Part shown: positions 23,612-37,681 of the stretch, in pieces
Layout of the letters: each line of letters begins with the position of its first letter
How positions within the stretch are numbered: the first letter of the stretch is position 1
From: Octopus sinensis
Taxonomy: Eukaryota
Length of the DNA: 64,000 bases
Direction: 5' to 3'
NCBI RefSeq assembly: GCF_006345805.1
Contig: NC_043011.1
Span: forward strand, 4,092,001-4,156,000
Translations under genes and position numbers: made by a program
Notes under the pieces: generated by a model
What the model was told of the DNA's origin: nothing
The model's database searches: none
The model's input: the letters and a program-made list of their open reading frames with translations, nothing else

Positions 23612-24752
23612 GTACATTTAACAAAATAATCTGAATGCTAATTGTGGAGGGAACTTGTGTAAGAAAGACGTGAGATGAAGTGGTGAGAAGGATCTTAAGA
23701 TGGGCTTCGGTGAGGAAGTGATGAAGGACCAGGAGTTGTGACGATATGTTGCACTTGAGGAGATGTGTTAAGCTAAGTAAAGTTGCGGTCATCCGTACAG
23801 GCTTGTCTTTTACCGGAGCCAGTGCCATGTAAAATGTGCTCATGCTGGAGCAGTGTGAACACACTCATGCTGGTGACACATGAAAAGCACCCAGTGGGTA
23901 GCATTAGGAAGTGCATCCGGCCATAGAAACCATGCCACAACAGGCAGCTGGAGTCCAGACAATTCCCCAGCTGGCCAGCCAGCTCCTGTCAAACTGACCA
24001 ATGCATACCAGCACGGAAAATGGATGTGAAATGATGATGATGATGATGATGATGGCGATAGAAACCTATAATTGAAACCTATTATAATTAGGTGTTGCTT
24101 AAAATTAGTGATATACTTCAAGAATACTGCTCTGTGAAATTCAAACTAATGAATGCAATATTCTGTCATTAATTTTAGTTTTAGCTCACATCATGTTCTC
24201 AGAATTTCTGTTGGTAATAAGAAACCACTTCAGCTTTAAGTATTTAAGGTAAAAAGAAAAAATTAAACTCTTATTACTTATAGGTGGTGCCTTTGTTTAC
24301 TTCAAGTAATTTTAGTAGAAACCATTCTGTTTCCCCTCTTGCATCTATATTTTCATCCAAACAATTCAGCCACTGTTTCACTGAAAGTTAATATTTATAA
24401 TTTTGAGAGGTGTTTCCTTAATAGTGTGACTCTGAAAATGTCTCATTTATGTTTTGATTTCGATGTAAACACAGACATGATTAGATGTCATGGCATTAAG
24501 TCTTTTACACCACAAGGACCATGTACCGATGTCTGACTCTGTACACAGTCATCTAACATGCTAGAAATAATGGACAAATAATGGAAAAATCTTCAAATCA
24601 TGTTTTACCATCTCTGAAATGAAGGACACATGTTACTTGAAAAAGTCTTGAACATTTTGATTGCAAGCCTGGTTTGTCAGGTGTAACTTGGAGCCAGACA
24701 ACAATTGCATCTTTAGCAATTATACCAAATGTGTACACCATCCTAGTTACTA

Positions 24753-24802
<50 letters not shown>

Positions 24803-25799
24803 TATATACATACACATACATAATACACACATGCACACAGACACACATGTAAACTTGCTTCCTAGCCACATGCTTCTGGTTTCACTCCCACTGTGTGGCA
24901 TCTTGGGCAAGTGTCATCTATTATAGCCTTGGGCCAATCAAAGCTTGGTGAGTAGATTTTGTAAATGGAAACTGAAAAGAAGCCTGTCATGTTTATATTT
25001 ATGTGTGTCTTTGTGTCTTTGTATGTCCCCCACTTGACAACCGATGCTGGTGTGTTTATGTTGCCATAGCTTAGTGACTCAGCAAAAGAGACCAATAAAA
25101 CAAGTACCAGGTTTTTAAAAAAACAAGAAAAAGTATTGTGTAGTTCTATCATTCATCACTCTTAGAATTTATCACACATCTTATTCATGTATCTGCCAAT
25201 CACACCTCTATCACTTAAGTTTCTTACTCTGTAAAATGGTTGCAGAATCAATATAGATGTAGGATCAAATACATGGTTGCCTCTTTAGAATTATTCTCTT
25301 AAAGAATACAGCTGGTATAGTGTGGGATTCAGAGGAGCCTTTAGCCTTGTCAAAGACACCATAACTGCTCTGTTGCTACAAACACCAAAAAGAAAATATA
25401 CACCCACTGTGCTGTAAATTGGTTAACTTTAGGAAGAGCATCAGGCCAGAGGAACCATCAGAATTTGAAATACATGAGTGAAATGTAGCTCTGTACATTT
25501 TAGATGAGCAGTACCTCCAAATATGTGCTGACTCCCATGATGGTGACTCCATTCAACAGTTTGGATAGCAGATTTGGAAAGATGAGGACGATGAGGACGA
25601 TGAGATGTCATGGTTCAGACACACCACATGGCACTTTGGGCAAGTGTCTTCTACTGCAGCGCCAAGGTGATCAAAGCTTTGTGGGTGAATTTGGTAGGCA
25701 GAAATTGAAGGAAGCTTATTGGCCGATTGTATGTGTGTGTGTATATATATATATATGTATGTATGTATGTGTGTGTATATATATGTATGTATGTATATA

Positions 25800-26029
25800 T
25801 ATATATATATATATATATCATAATAAATTAGAGATAAAACCACTATAAAGAAAATCAGTGAAAATCATAAGCCAATACATAGAAATAAAATTAATTAAAA
25901 AAATATATAAAAAATATAAAATATAAGATATAAAATTCTAAATTAAAATATTTAAATTAAAGTTAAAATTTAAAAATTATTTAAATTAATAATTTAAACT
26001 TATAAATTTTAAATATATATATATAAATT

Positions 26030-26060
<31 letters not shown>

Positions 26061-26107
26061 TTATATAACTATCAAAAAGTATTAAAAGTTTAATATAAGA
26101 TAAAGAG

Positions 26108-26158
<51 letters not shown>

Positions 26159-26349
26159 TAATAAATTAGAGATAAAACCACTATAAAGAAAATCAGTGAA
26201 AATCATAAGCCAATACATAGAAATAAAATTAATTAAAAAAATATATAAAAAATATAAAATATAGATATAAAATTCTAAATTAAAATATTTAAATTAAAGT
26301 TAAAATTTAAAAATTATTTAAATTAATAATTTAAACTTATAAATTTTAA

Positions 26350-26380
<31 letters not shown>

Positions 26381-26443
26381 ATATTTTTTTTTTTAATTAT
26401 ATAACTATCAAAAAGTATTAAAAGTTTAATATAAGATAAAGAG

Positions 26444-26490
<47 letters not shown>
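25800..26490. repeat. Tandem duplication of a roughly 340-bp AT-rich unit bounded by (TA)n
   Basis: cataataaattagagataaaaccactataaag...gataaagagtatg occurs at about 25820 and 26158. Confidence 0.88.
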
Positions 26491-26492
<2 letters not shown>

Positions 26493-27875
26493 TATATATA
26501 CATACATACATATAAAATTTAATAATGAGGTTAGAAATTGATATCAATCAATTAACATCAATTTAAACCAGTGGTCTAGCATATTCAAAAAAATCCAAAG
26601 ATTTAAAAATTATATTTCAATTAATAAGAGAATGACCACTAAAGTGGAATCCTATACGCTAGAGATAGACATCAAATCGCCTTACCACAAAGAGTGTGTT
26701 CTCAAGAAAAAAATCAGCAAATGCCAAAATGTAGAAAAATAAGCAAGGCAAATGAAAATTCACAAAATAAAATGATTACCTACGCATCAATTAATTTATA
26801 TAACTGTTAATGTTACACTATTTACTTATAATTTATTTATGATAAATTTATCTAGTTTGTAATACAACTGTATACATTTTAGTAAGATAAAATAAGTTAA
26901 TCTTACATATATATATTAAGTGTTTAAAAAACCGTATTATGCGTAAGTTAGAATTTATGTACATTAAGGTAAAAAGTTTTATAAATTAAAATAAATGAAT
27001 GATATATATATGTATGTTATATTTAAGTTATAATTTTGTATATTAAGATAAAATATCTAATAGTTTATTAATTGAACTAATAAATGAATAATTATTAATG
27101 TATATATGTGTATATCTAGAAAAGACCATCTAGTATATATAAAGGTTCAGCTTTGCCTTTCATCCTTTCGGGGTCGATAAATTAAGCACCAGTTATGCAT
27201 TGGGGTCGATGTAATCGACTTAATCCCTTTGTCTGTCCTTGTTTGTCCCCTCTGTGTGTAGCCCCTTGTGGGCAGTAAAGAAATAGGTATTTATATGTAT
27301 ACATTTCTAATAATTGAATATATAATACATCATAATATCTATACTACTGTAATGTATTTGATTTTCGTGGGAAGGAAAGTTTCATTAAAGTCATGTATCA
27401 CCTTGACCTTCGAAACGTGGAGTAGATGAAACAAAGGCGACTGAAGAAGGGGAATTTTCCTTGTTTTGTATGTCCTGTACTCTATTTTTTCGTTGTTTAA
27501 GAAAAATGTCCATTTCCTTGGTTTTGTGTTTATGTTTTCATTTCTCATTGTGTTCGACGTCTTTTGGTGTCCTGTACCCATATATGCATGTATATATACA
27601 TGTAGAGGTAGGTACCTACATATATGTATGTATATATGCATAAGTTTTATTTATTTATTAATTTTTATATATATATATATATATATCAATATGTCTAGTT
27701 TTCTATTTCATAATAATTTTAAGGGAATATTTAATGGTTCTTAGAGGACATATGTAGTTGAAATATTTTACCAATATATTTAGTCATTATTTTAACAATA
27801 CCATAAAATAAAAATGTTATGGCAAATTTAGAACGTATCCAATCTACTATTTAATAATAATAATTAATAAATCCT

Positions 27876-28391
27876 TTAGTAATATTCGGAAATTAGATAT
27901 TTAGGTGCATGTAGGCAGGCCAAAACTTTCTCAATCTTCTCATTCAATAATTGGTTTTTAAAGAATAGAATATTATGGCTTTCTGTTGTATGAAAGGAAC
28001 AAATTCTATCCAGTGGATGATATAATTTTTCAAAGGTTAATATTTTCCATCTAATTTTAAAACTAATATTGCTATCTTTTAATTTCCATATGAATTTGCT
28101 ATAGCTTGTGTTATTGTGTTTGAGGCAATTTCTAAAAGAATTTTCATGATTAGAAGTTCTAGTTTTCACAAAACATTCAGTTGATCCAATATAGAAGTAA
28201 TTTTTTCCTTCTGCTTCCATGATAACTTGGTATTCCAGATTCTTACATTTGCAATAATTATTAAATTTACATTTTTCTTTAACCTTACAATCACAAAATT
28301 TATTAAGATTATCTCTTGAATTAACTAATATATGTAGTTTATTGGTGGTTATTATATATATGTTTCTTTGTAGGTGTATGTGTCTGAGCAT
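27876..28391 (-). pseudogene. Penelope-like element GIY-YIG endonuclease remnant
   Basis: CDCKVKEKCKFNNYCKCKNLEYQ...YIGSTE...RTSNHENSF...SKFIWKLK...IRWKIL...C...E...LLN follows the Cys-rich plus GIY-YIG pattern of Penelope elements. Confidence 0.85.
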
Positions 28392-29404
28392 GCTTGTTCA
28401 TGACTGCTTGATAATCAGTATTGTTTTTTTTTATACCATCATAACTGAGTGGTTGGGCAAAAAGAAGCTGATAGAATAACTACCAAGCTTCTGGATTTGA
28501 TTTCTTCGACTAGACCCTTCATTTATTTATGGGGTGGGGTGGGGTGGGTGACGAGATCAGTAATGTCGATTATATCAACTTCAGTATCTCACTAATAGTT
28601 TATTTTAATGCACCCAAAAACACTAAAATCAGAATTGACCTCAACTGGACTTGAGCTTGAAACATGAAAGACTGTTAACCAAATACAGCGAAGCATTTTG
28701 TTTGACACTGTACCCAGTTCTGCCAATCCAAATAATAATAACAATAGCAATAATAATAATAGTAAGTTGAGATAAAAGATACTATCTTACTATCTTAGTA
28801 CAAAAAGAATGCATGTGTTATTCCATTGGCTGCTTGCTATTCTACTTTGTGTAAGCAAAGCATAACCTTTTGGCTTTTACGTATATTCATAGCTTCAAGG
28901 AATTCAGTCAATCTCAGTGATGTAAGAATATACATGTTTATTGTGTGAAGGTATAAGGTGACCTTTGACAGCAACTGACAGCCAAATTATCACGTGGGGA
29001 CAGGTGCAGTTGCAGGCTTACATATACGCATAACTACAAATAGGTATACAAATTAAGTAAAATCTGTGTAATGTAAATTTATGAAAGCAGGTATCAAAGA
29101 CTTCAGAATACTTTTGAACTAAGCATACATCTCATGCTGTATAAAAGCATATGTGTGTGCGTGTCCCCGTGTGTGTGTGCATGCATGTGCACATACATAT
29201 AAATACATATACTCACATACACACATATACATATTTGTGTATGTGTGTATATGTGAGTATATATTATGTATATATTTATAAACTGCATACATGTACATAT
29301 ACATTCATATATCCACATAAATACATACATACATATACGTACATATCTACATATGTACATATGTACATATCTACATATATATACATATTTACTCTCTCTC
29401 TTTT

Positions 29405-30032
29405 ACACTTTTACTTGTTTCAGTCATTTGACTGCGGCCATGCTGTAGCACCGCCTTTAGTCGAGCAAATCGACCCGGGACTTATTCTTTGTAAGCCCAG
29501 TACTTATTCTATTGGTCTCTTTTGCCAAACCACTGACGGGGACGTAAACACACCAGCATCGGTTGTCAAGCAATGCTAGGGGGATAAACACAGACACACA
29601 AACACACACATACATATATATATACATAAGACCCATTGAGGCAAGTGAGGATCAGAATCGAAATCGATCAATGGAAATCGATCAACGGAAATTGCAGATG
29701 TGTTACCAGTGCCGGTGGCATGTAAGAGAACTTTCCGTTTCGCGACCGTTGCCAGCACCGCCCCGTTTCGTGTCCGTTGCCAGCCTCGCCTGGCCCTCGT
29801 GCCGGTGGCACATAAAAAGCACCATCCGTTCGTGGCCGTTTGCCAGCTCTGTCTGGCACCAGTGCGGGTGGCACGTAAAAAGCACCCACTACACTCACGG
29901 AGTGGTTGGCGTTAGGAAGGGCATCCAGCCGTAGAAACACTGCCAGATTTGACTGGGCCTGATGAAGCCTTCTGGCTTCACAGACCCCAGTAGAACCGTC
30001 CAACCCATGCTAGCATGGAAAACGGACGCTAA

Positions 30033-30067
<35 letters not shown>

Positions 30068-30220
30068 ACGACAAGCTTCTTTCAGTTTCCGTCTACCAAA
30101 TCCACTCACAAGGCATTAGTCGGCCCGGGGCTATAGCAGAAGACACTTGCCCAAGATGCCATGCAGTGGGACTGAACCCGGAACCATGTGGTTGGTTAGC
30201 AAGCTACTTACCACACAGCC
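29405..30220 (-). mobile_element. SINE family A split by an RTE 3' fragment
   Basis: Tail half at 29405-29600, head half at 30070-30220. Confidence 0.85.
29631..30067 (+). mobile_element. RTE 3' UTR fragment nearly identical to 6824-7260, nested in a SINE
   Basis: ORF 29668-30003 is nearly identical to ORF 6875-7210. Long (GAT)n tail. It splits the minus-strand SINE at 29405-30220. Confidence 0.9.
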
Positions 30221-30489
30221 CTACAAATTTCTGTGTAAGTGCATGTATTTAAGTATGTATGCCTGTTGCGAAATAAATATGGGGAAAGTGAAAAACACTT
30301 GTGGGACCTCATAACTCAGTTGGCAAGAAAATGATTTTAGCTTTGTGCAAAAGTGTATCTGTATGAAACATGCTTAAGAAATGAGATATTACATGTTAAT
30401 GTTACATAGGAGCATTGAACGCAGAAGATGTATGGAAGCTGGAGAGAGAGAGAGTAAAAGCTGAGGCTATTTTGATTTGGTATTTGTGA

Positions 30490-30797
30490 CTGGCTTCTGT
30501 GCCGGTGGCACATAAAAAGCACCATCCGAAAGTGGCCGTTGCCAGCGCCGCCTTGGCTGGCTCCTGTGCTGGTGGCACGATGGCGGATCCCCCTGGCACC
30601 TGTGCAGGTGGCACGTAAAAAGCACCCTCTACACTCGCAGAGTGGTTGGCGTTAGGAAGGGCATCCAGCTGTAGAAACTCTGCCAGATCAGTCTGGAGCC
30701 TGGTGCAACCCCTGGCTTCCCAGACCCCGGTCGAACCGTCCAACCCGTACAAGTGCGGAAAACGGACGTTAAACGATGATGATGATGATGATGATGA
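30490..30797 (+). mobile_element. RTE 3' UTR-derived element (duplicated at about 32911-33224)
   Basis: Same homology, (GAT)n tail. Confidence 0.8.
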
Positions 30798-31155
30798 AAT
30801 GTTTAGTTGCTTCAATGGCAGGACACAAGGAAGTTATAAGAATTGCTGAGTTTTTAAAGAACCACCCAATGTATAAAGAAGGGAGGGACACGTGCAATTT
30901 TATGTTCATGTGATATAATAAATAAAGCATGAGTAATGTGTACAAATTATGTTGTTGATGGAAGCTAAGCATAATAGGAAAATTCCATGGAAAAATAGAA
31001 AGCACTTGTGAGCTCATCTTAGGTTTGTCACTCCTGCAGAGGAAATAGTCATGTGTGTGTATATGCACACCCCCTCACACACACACAACACAATCACTTA
31101 CACAACAATGCCCCCTACATACCAAAGCCCCACCCCACCCACTCACACACATATA

Positions 31156-32115
31156 CCGTAAATCCTCGAGTATAGTCCGCCCTTGAGTATAATACGCAGG
31201 GGATTTTTAGGGGGCTGTACCTCTGGAAAACTTAAACCTTGTATATAATATGCACCCTTTCTCTAACTTGAATCAAGAAGGTCTATATAACGTCCTTGGT
31301 TTGTAAAAATGTATATGGTAACGTTCTTTATTCTTGCCTTCTGCACCTTCTTTATGTTTGGCATCTGTTTAATTTCATCTTTATTTCTTCTCCATAACCT
31401 GACATTGCTTTCGTCAACATCAAATTTTCTTCTGGTGGCCCTATTACGATGCTCTTCAGCACATGATATAACTTCAAGTTTAAACTAGCTGAATAAGATC
31501 TATGAGGCATTTTATGGGCATGTAATGTATAAAATGTTTTATTGGAGATTGATGTACAGGTTTAAGTTTCCGCTTATAAAAAACCCTAGTAAAGACCCAC
31601 GGTAGTTCAAACATTTAATACTGGTATTTAATTAAGTATCTATTGTTTGCCACGTTAATGATGCAAACTGCCAATACAAACAGCAGGATGAACTATTTAG
31701 CACTAAACCATTAAGCACAATTCATGCGTAATTAAGTCAGCAGCACCTAGTCAAACAAACACTTCCGCGCATGCGTAATATAATAATGGTGATGTTCTTA
31801 ACTGTTATATGGGAATGTAAATATGTTTGCAAATTGTTTTTATTACATGTTATTCTTTGTTTATTTTAATAAATGTTGCTTACTGCAAGTTATGCATGAT
31901 TCTTTTATGACTTCATTGCTTTCAGGCTTAGCTTAAGGTATTTTCGCGCCCGACATCATAAAATGCATCTGAATAAACATTGCCGGACAGCAAATAGAGA
32001 CTCAGACATTGCTTAGAAAATATTTTTCATTTTTAACCTCGTCTATAGTACACACTAGGGATTTTGACCTTTAAATTTTGGGGAAAAAATGCGGATTATA
32101 CATGAGGATTTATGG
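31156..32115 (-). mobile_element. Non-autonomous pogo/Tc2-like DNA transposon (second copy at 33583-34552)
   Basis: TA-flanked TIRs ccgtaaatcctcgagtatagtccgc / gcggattatacatgaggatttatgg. Frameshifted N-terminal HTH on minus (31510 to about 31340): MPHRSYSAS-KLEVISCAEEHRNRATRRKFDVDESNVRLWRRNK. Confidence 0.8.
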
Positions 32116-32134
32116 TATATATATATATATATAG

Positions 32135-32453
32135 CCAGTACCGCATCGACTGGCCTCCGTGCTGGTGGCACGTAACAAACACCATCCGATCGTGGCTGTG
32201 CCAGCCTCACCTGGCCGCCGTGCTGGTGGCTCGTAAAAAACACCATCCGAGCGTGGCCATTCGCCAGCCTCGTCTGGCACCTGTGTCAGTGGCACATAAA
32301 AAGCACCCACTACACTCATGGAGTGGTTGGCGTTAGGAAGGGCATCCAGCTGTAGAAACACTGCCAGATTTGACTGGGCCTGATGAAGCCTTCTGGCTTC
32401 ACAGACCCCAGTAGAACCGTCCAACCCATGCTAGCATGGAAAACGGACGCTAA

Positions 32454-32488
<35 letters not shown>
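32135..32488 (+). mobile_element. Chimeric RTE 3' UTR element at the junction of the 2.4-kb tandem duplication
   Basis: Its 5' part matches 34572-34806 and its 3' part matches 29949-30067. Confidence 0.85.
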
Positions 32489-34571
32489 ACGACAAGCTTC
32501 TTTCAGTTTCCGTCTACCAAATCCACTCACAAGGCATTAGTCGGCCCGGGGCTATAGCAGAAGACACTTGCCCAAGATGCCATGCAGTGGGACTGAACCC
32601 GGAACCATGTGGTTGGTTAGCAAGCTACTTACCACACAGCCCTACAAATTTCTGTGTAAGTGCATGTATTTAAGTATGTATGCCTGTTGCGAAATAAATA
32701 TGGGGAAAGTGAAAAACACTTGTGGGACCTCATAACTCAGTTGGCAAGAAAATGATTTTAGCTTTGTGCAAAAGTGTATCTGTATGAAACATGCTTAAGA
32801 AATGAGATATTACATGTTAATGTTACATAGGAGCATTGAACGCAGAAGATGTATGGAAGCTGGAGAGAGAGAGAGTAAAAGCTGAGGCTATTTTGATTTG
32901 GTATTTGTGACTGGCTTCTGTGCCGGTGGCACATAAAAAGCACCATCCGAAAGTGGCCGTTGCCAGCGCCGCCTTGGCTGGCTCCTGTGCTGGTGGCACG
33001 ATGGCGGATCCCCCTGGCACCTGTGCAGGTGGCACGTAAAAAGCACCCTCTACACTCGCAGAGTGGTTGGCGTTAGGAAGGGCATCCAGCTGTAGAAACT
33101 CTGCCAGATCAGTCTGGAGCCTGGTGCAACCCCTGGCTTCCCAGACCCCGGTCGAACCGTCCAACCCGTACAAGTGCGGAAAACGGACGTTAAACGATGA
33201 TGATGATGATGATGATGATGATGAAATGTTTAGTTGCTTCAATGGCAGGACACAAGGAAGTTATAAGAATTGCTGAGTTTTTAAAGAACCACCCAATGTA
33301 TAAAGAAGGGAGGGACACGTGCAATTTTATGTTCATGTGATATAATAAATAAAGCATGAGTAATGTGTACAAATTATGTTGTTGATGGAAGCTAAGCATA
33401 ATAGGAAAATTCCATGGAAAAATAGAAAGCACTTGTGAGCTCATCTTAGGTTTGTCACTCCTGCAGAGGAAATAGTCATGTGTGTGTATATGCACACCCC
33501 CTCACACACACACAACACAATCACTTACACAACAATGCCCCCTACATACCAAAGCCCCACCCCACCCACTCACACACATATACCGTAAATCCTCGAGTAT
33601 AGTCCGCCCTTGAGTATAATACGCAGGGGATTTTTAGGGGGCTGTACCTCTGGAAAACTTAAACCTTGTATATAATATGCACCCTTTCTCTAACTTGAAT
33701 CAAGAAGGTCTATATAACGTCCTTGGTTTGTAAAAATGTATATGGTAACGTTCTTTATTCTTGCCTTCTGCACCTTCTTTATGTTTGGCATCTGTTTAAT
33801 TTCATCTTTATTTCTTCTCCATAACCTGACATTGCTTTCGTCAACATCAAATTTTCTTCTGGTGGCCCTATTACGATGCTCTTCAGCACATGATATAACT
33901 TCAAGTTTAAACTAGCTGAATAAGATCTACGAGGCATTTTATGGGCATGTAATGTATAAAATGTTTTATTGGAGATTGATGTACAGGTTTAAGTTTCCGC
34001 TTATAAAAAACCCTAGTAAAGACCCACGGTAGTTCAAACATTTAATACTGGTATTTAATTAAGTATCTATTGTTTGCCACGTTAATGATGCAAACTGCCA
34101 ATACAAACAGCAGGATGAACTATTTAGCACTAAACCATTAAGCACAATTCATGCGTAATAAGTCAGCAGCACCTAGTCAAACAAACACTTCCGCGCATGC
34201 GTAATATAATAATGGTGATGTTCTTAACTGTTATATGGGAATGTAAATATGTTTGCAAATTGTTTTTATTACATGTTATTCTTTGTTTATTTTAATAAAT
34301 GTTGCTTACTGCAAGTTATGCATGATTCTTTTATGACTTCATTGCTTTCAGGCTTAGCTTAAGGTATTTTCGCGCCCGACATCATAAAATGCATCTGAAT
34401 AAACATTGCCGGACAGCAAATAGAGACTCAGACATTGCTTAGAAAATATTTTTCATTTTTAACCTCGTCTATAGTACACACTAGGGATTTTGACCTTTAA
34501 ATTTTGGGGAAAAAATGCGGAAAAAATGCGGATTATACATGAGGATTTATGGTATATATATATATATATAG

Positions 34572-34912
34572 CCAGTACCGCATCGACTGGCCTCCGTGCT
34601 GGTGGCACGTAACAAACACCATCCGATCGTGGCTGTGCCAGCCTCACCTGGCCGCCGTGCTGGTGGCTCGTAAAAAACACCATCCGAGCGTGGCCATTCG
34701 CCAGCCTCGTCTGGCACCTGTGTCAGTGGCACATAAAAAGCACCCACTACACTCATGGAGTGGTTGGTGTTAGGAAGGGCATCCAGCTGTAGAAACACTG
34801 CCAGATCTGACTGGCCTGGTGCAGCCTTCGGGCTTCCCAGACCCCAGTTGAACCATCCAACCTATGCTAGCATGGAAAGCGGACATTAAACGATGATGAT
34901 GATGATGATGAT
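34572..34912 (+). mobile_element. RTE 3' UTR-derived element
   Basis: Same homology, (GAT)n tail. Confidence 0.8.
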
Positions 34913-34934
34913 ATATATATACACACACACACAT

Positions 34935-35475
34935 GTAGTCTGATCAATAGGTATCCGGATTGTTACCATAGTAACAACGCTAAAGCATGCAGAGAGAAGC
35001 TGGTTGGCACAGATTGATCTTGAACTCTGCTGTGCATGTACACTAAGTTTTAACATTCAAGCTTACACTTACACTGTTTACAGCAGTGCTTTGAAGGAAC
35101 ATGTGTAGAGTGTGATCATTGTATTGACAGTGACAGAAAGTTGAGCAGAGAATCTGCATCAAATTTTGCTAAATGTTTGGCAATACCTGCTCTAGGAGGA
35201 GTGTATGGGCTGCACACAAGTGTATGAGTGCTTCAGATGTTTCCAAGATGGCCGGAAAAATGTTGTTGGTGAGGGAATCGAAGTGAATGCAATAAGGCAG
35301 CTGCTGATTTTTCCCAGAAAACAAGTTCCAGGAATGCTTCCATCAATGGAAGCACTGCTGGATTAAGTGTGTGGCTTCCAACGGTGACTACTTTGAAGCA
35401 GATAAAATGCTAAATTGTTACATGTTGTAGATTTTTTTTTATAGCACCACTCCAAATACTTTTTGATCAGATACT
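34935..35475 (+). mobile_element. Internally deleted mariner element
   Basis: Imperfect TIRs (tctgatcaataggtatccgga / tccaaatactttttgatcaga). N-terminal VEQRICIKF and C-terminal FQECFHQWKHCWIKCVASNGDYFE remnants. Confidence 0.8.
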
Positions 35476-36510
35476 TTGTGTGTGTGTGTATACATATATA
35501 TATATATATATATATATATGTAGATAGATAGATAAATAGATAGATAGATAAACACATACAGACACTTGCACACACACCATGTTAAGCATTAACACGAGGA
35601 TAACTTGTTCAAAATTAAACTGTCTTCTAGTGAAATACGTTCCAAGTTTATGCAAAATATATGTCATATGGAATCATTGGTTTTAGTTATCCCAAGATTT
35701 CCTTCTTTACCTAAACGTTTTTTCCTTCTGATATTCTCTAAATACAAGTAATTTCTTGGGTTTTTCAAAATTGTTACAGTAAAGTGAAAGTGAGCAAAAA
35801 AAAAAAAAAGAAAAAAAAGAAAAAAATCTTCTAAAGGGTACGGTGATGCATAAACATCAGCACTCTTCCTACCATCCTCTGCTAAATCCTTTTTAATTGC
35901 AACTTTTTTGTGAATAGTACAAACATCACCTAAAACCATTTGCCTATCTTCAAAAGATGTTATTCTTTGAATATAATTCAATAAAAATCTCAGATGAAAA
36001 TGCTCCTGATCTTTTCACAAAGAAAGTACTTATGTTTTGTGGAAAGGTTGTTAATTTTTATCTCAATTCACCATTTATTCCATGTTGTATATTCTGTAAA
36101 TTCTGAACAATTTATTCTTTGGAGGAGCAGGTGATTCACAGGTTAAATGTTATCCACCATGTTTGAACTGAATTTGTATTTATGTTAGACATCCAGTACA
36201 GTTTGTTTGTCATCATTACAACTGTTTGTTTTAATGGTGACAAAGATTAGAGAATATGAACTTAATTTAAACTATAACTTCTTCAACAATGCTTTGAATA
36301 CTGGAACATAGCAGTCGTTGCACTTATTTCTACATTATCCAAATCTACATTTGATTTGTTTTTAACAGTTAGACATAACCCTAATGCGCTTATGATGTGG
36401 ATAGTTGTTATCATTTTGAGACATTGTTTTTGCCATTAACCATCAGCCATACATGGAACATTGGCATTCTCTCTTCCTCGTGTAATTTGTAACAAACATT
36501 TTGTAAAGTT

Positions 36511-36910
36511 TGGCTGTGTGGTAAGTAGCTTGCTAACCAACCACATGGTTCCAGGTTCAGTCCCACTGCATGGCATCTTGGGCAAGTGTCTTCTGCTATA
36601 GCCCCAAGCCGACCAATGCCTTGTGAGTGGATTTGGTAGATGGAAACTGAAAGAAGCCCGTCGTATATATGTATATATATATATATATGTGTGTGTACGT
36701 ATTTGTGTGTCTGTGTTTGTCCCGCTAGCATTGCTTGACAACTGATGCTGGTGTGTTTACGTCCCCGTCACTTAGCAGTTCGGCGAAAGAGACCAATAGA
36801 ATAAGTACTGGGCTTACAAAGAATAAGTCCCGGGGTCGATTTGCTCGACTAAAGGCGGTGCTCCAGCATGGCTGCAGTCAAATGACTGAAACAAGTAAAA
36901 GAGTTAAAGA
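36511..36910 (+). mobile_element. SINE family A
   Basis: Homology to 5091-5499. Confidence 0.9.
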
Positions 36911-37298
36911 GAGAGTCTTGGCTGTGTTTTTGGAGATGTAGTTTAGCAAGTACTAAATTGTCATTATTTTTTAATATAAAATCCTTTTTTCTTTTTAATA
37001 TGACAATTACAAGATAATAGCAATCTATATTTCTGAAACTGTAAATGTAGTGTGCACTCTGCGACTTTTACAAAAATTTCCTTTTCTAACATGAGGTTGT
37101 GATCTTTTCTGTCATAGGAAATAATATCATTATTATTACTGCTGTTATTATTGTTATTGCCAGGGTAGGGGATCGGCTATTTAGCAGAATAAATCTGTAT
37201 AGCACCCATTAGGTATTCTAATGGATTTCACCTAGAACATAAATATATACAAATATATATAAAAACACACACACTGAGTGATATACACTAAATCATAT

Positions 37299-37681
37299 GG
37301 AAGCACTCCGTCGGTTACGACGACGAGGGTTCCGGTTGATCCGATCAATGTAACAGCCTCCTCGTGAAATTAACTTGTAAGTGGCTGAGCACTCCACAGA
37401 CACGTGTACCCTTAACGTAGTTCTCGGGGATATTCAGTGTGACACAGAGAGTGACAAGGCCGGCCATTTGAAATACAGGTACAACAGAAACAGGAAGTAA
37501 GAGTGAGAGAAAGTTGTGGTGAAAGAGTACAGCAGGGATCACCACCATCCCTGCCGGAGCCTCGTAGAGCTTTAGGTGTTTTCGCTCAATAAGCACTCAC
37601 AACACCCTGTCTGGGAATCGAAACCGCGATCCTACAACCGCGAGTCCGCTGCCCTAACCACTGGGCCATTGCGCCTCCACA
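37299..37681 (-). mobile_element. tRNA-headed SINE family D, variant 2 (same head, different 3' half)
   Basis: First ~175 nt homologous to 15609-15790. 12-bp TSD actaaatcatat at 37287-37298 and 37682-37693. Confidence 0.85.

Larger units (their letters stand above)
29931..34806. repeat. Tandem duplication, units of about 2421 and 2437 bp
   Basis: Identical ORF pairs (30337/32758, 30402/32823, 32112/34549); junction lies in an RTE 3' UTR element. Confidence 0.92.

Noticed and set aside
29961-29985. CTGATGA followed by an agcc/ggct stem
   Set aside because: No GAAA or stem III follows; not a hammerhead.
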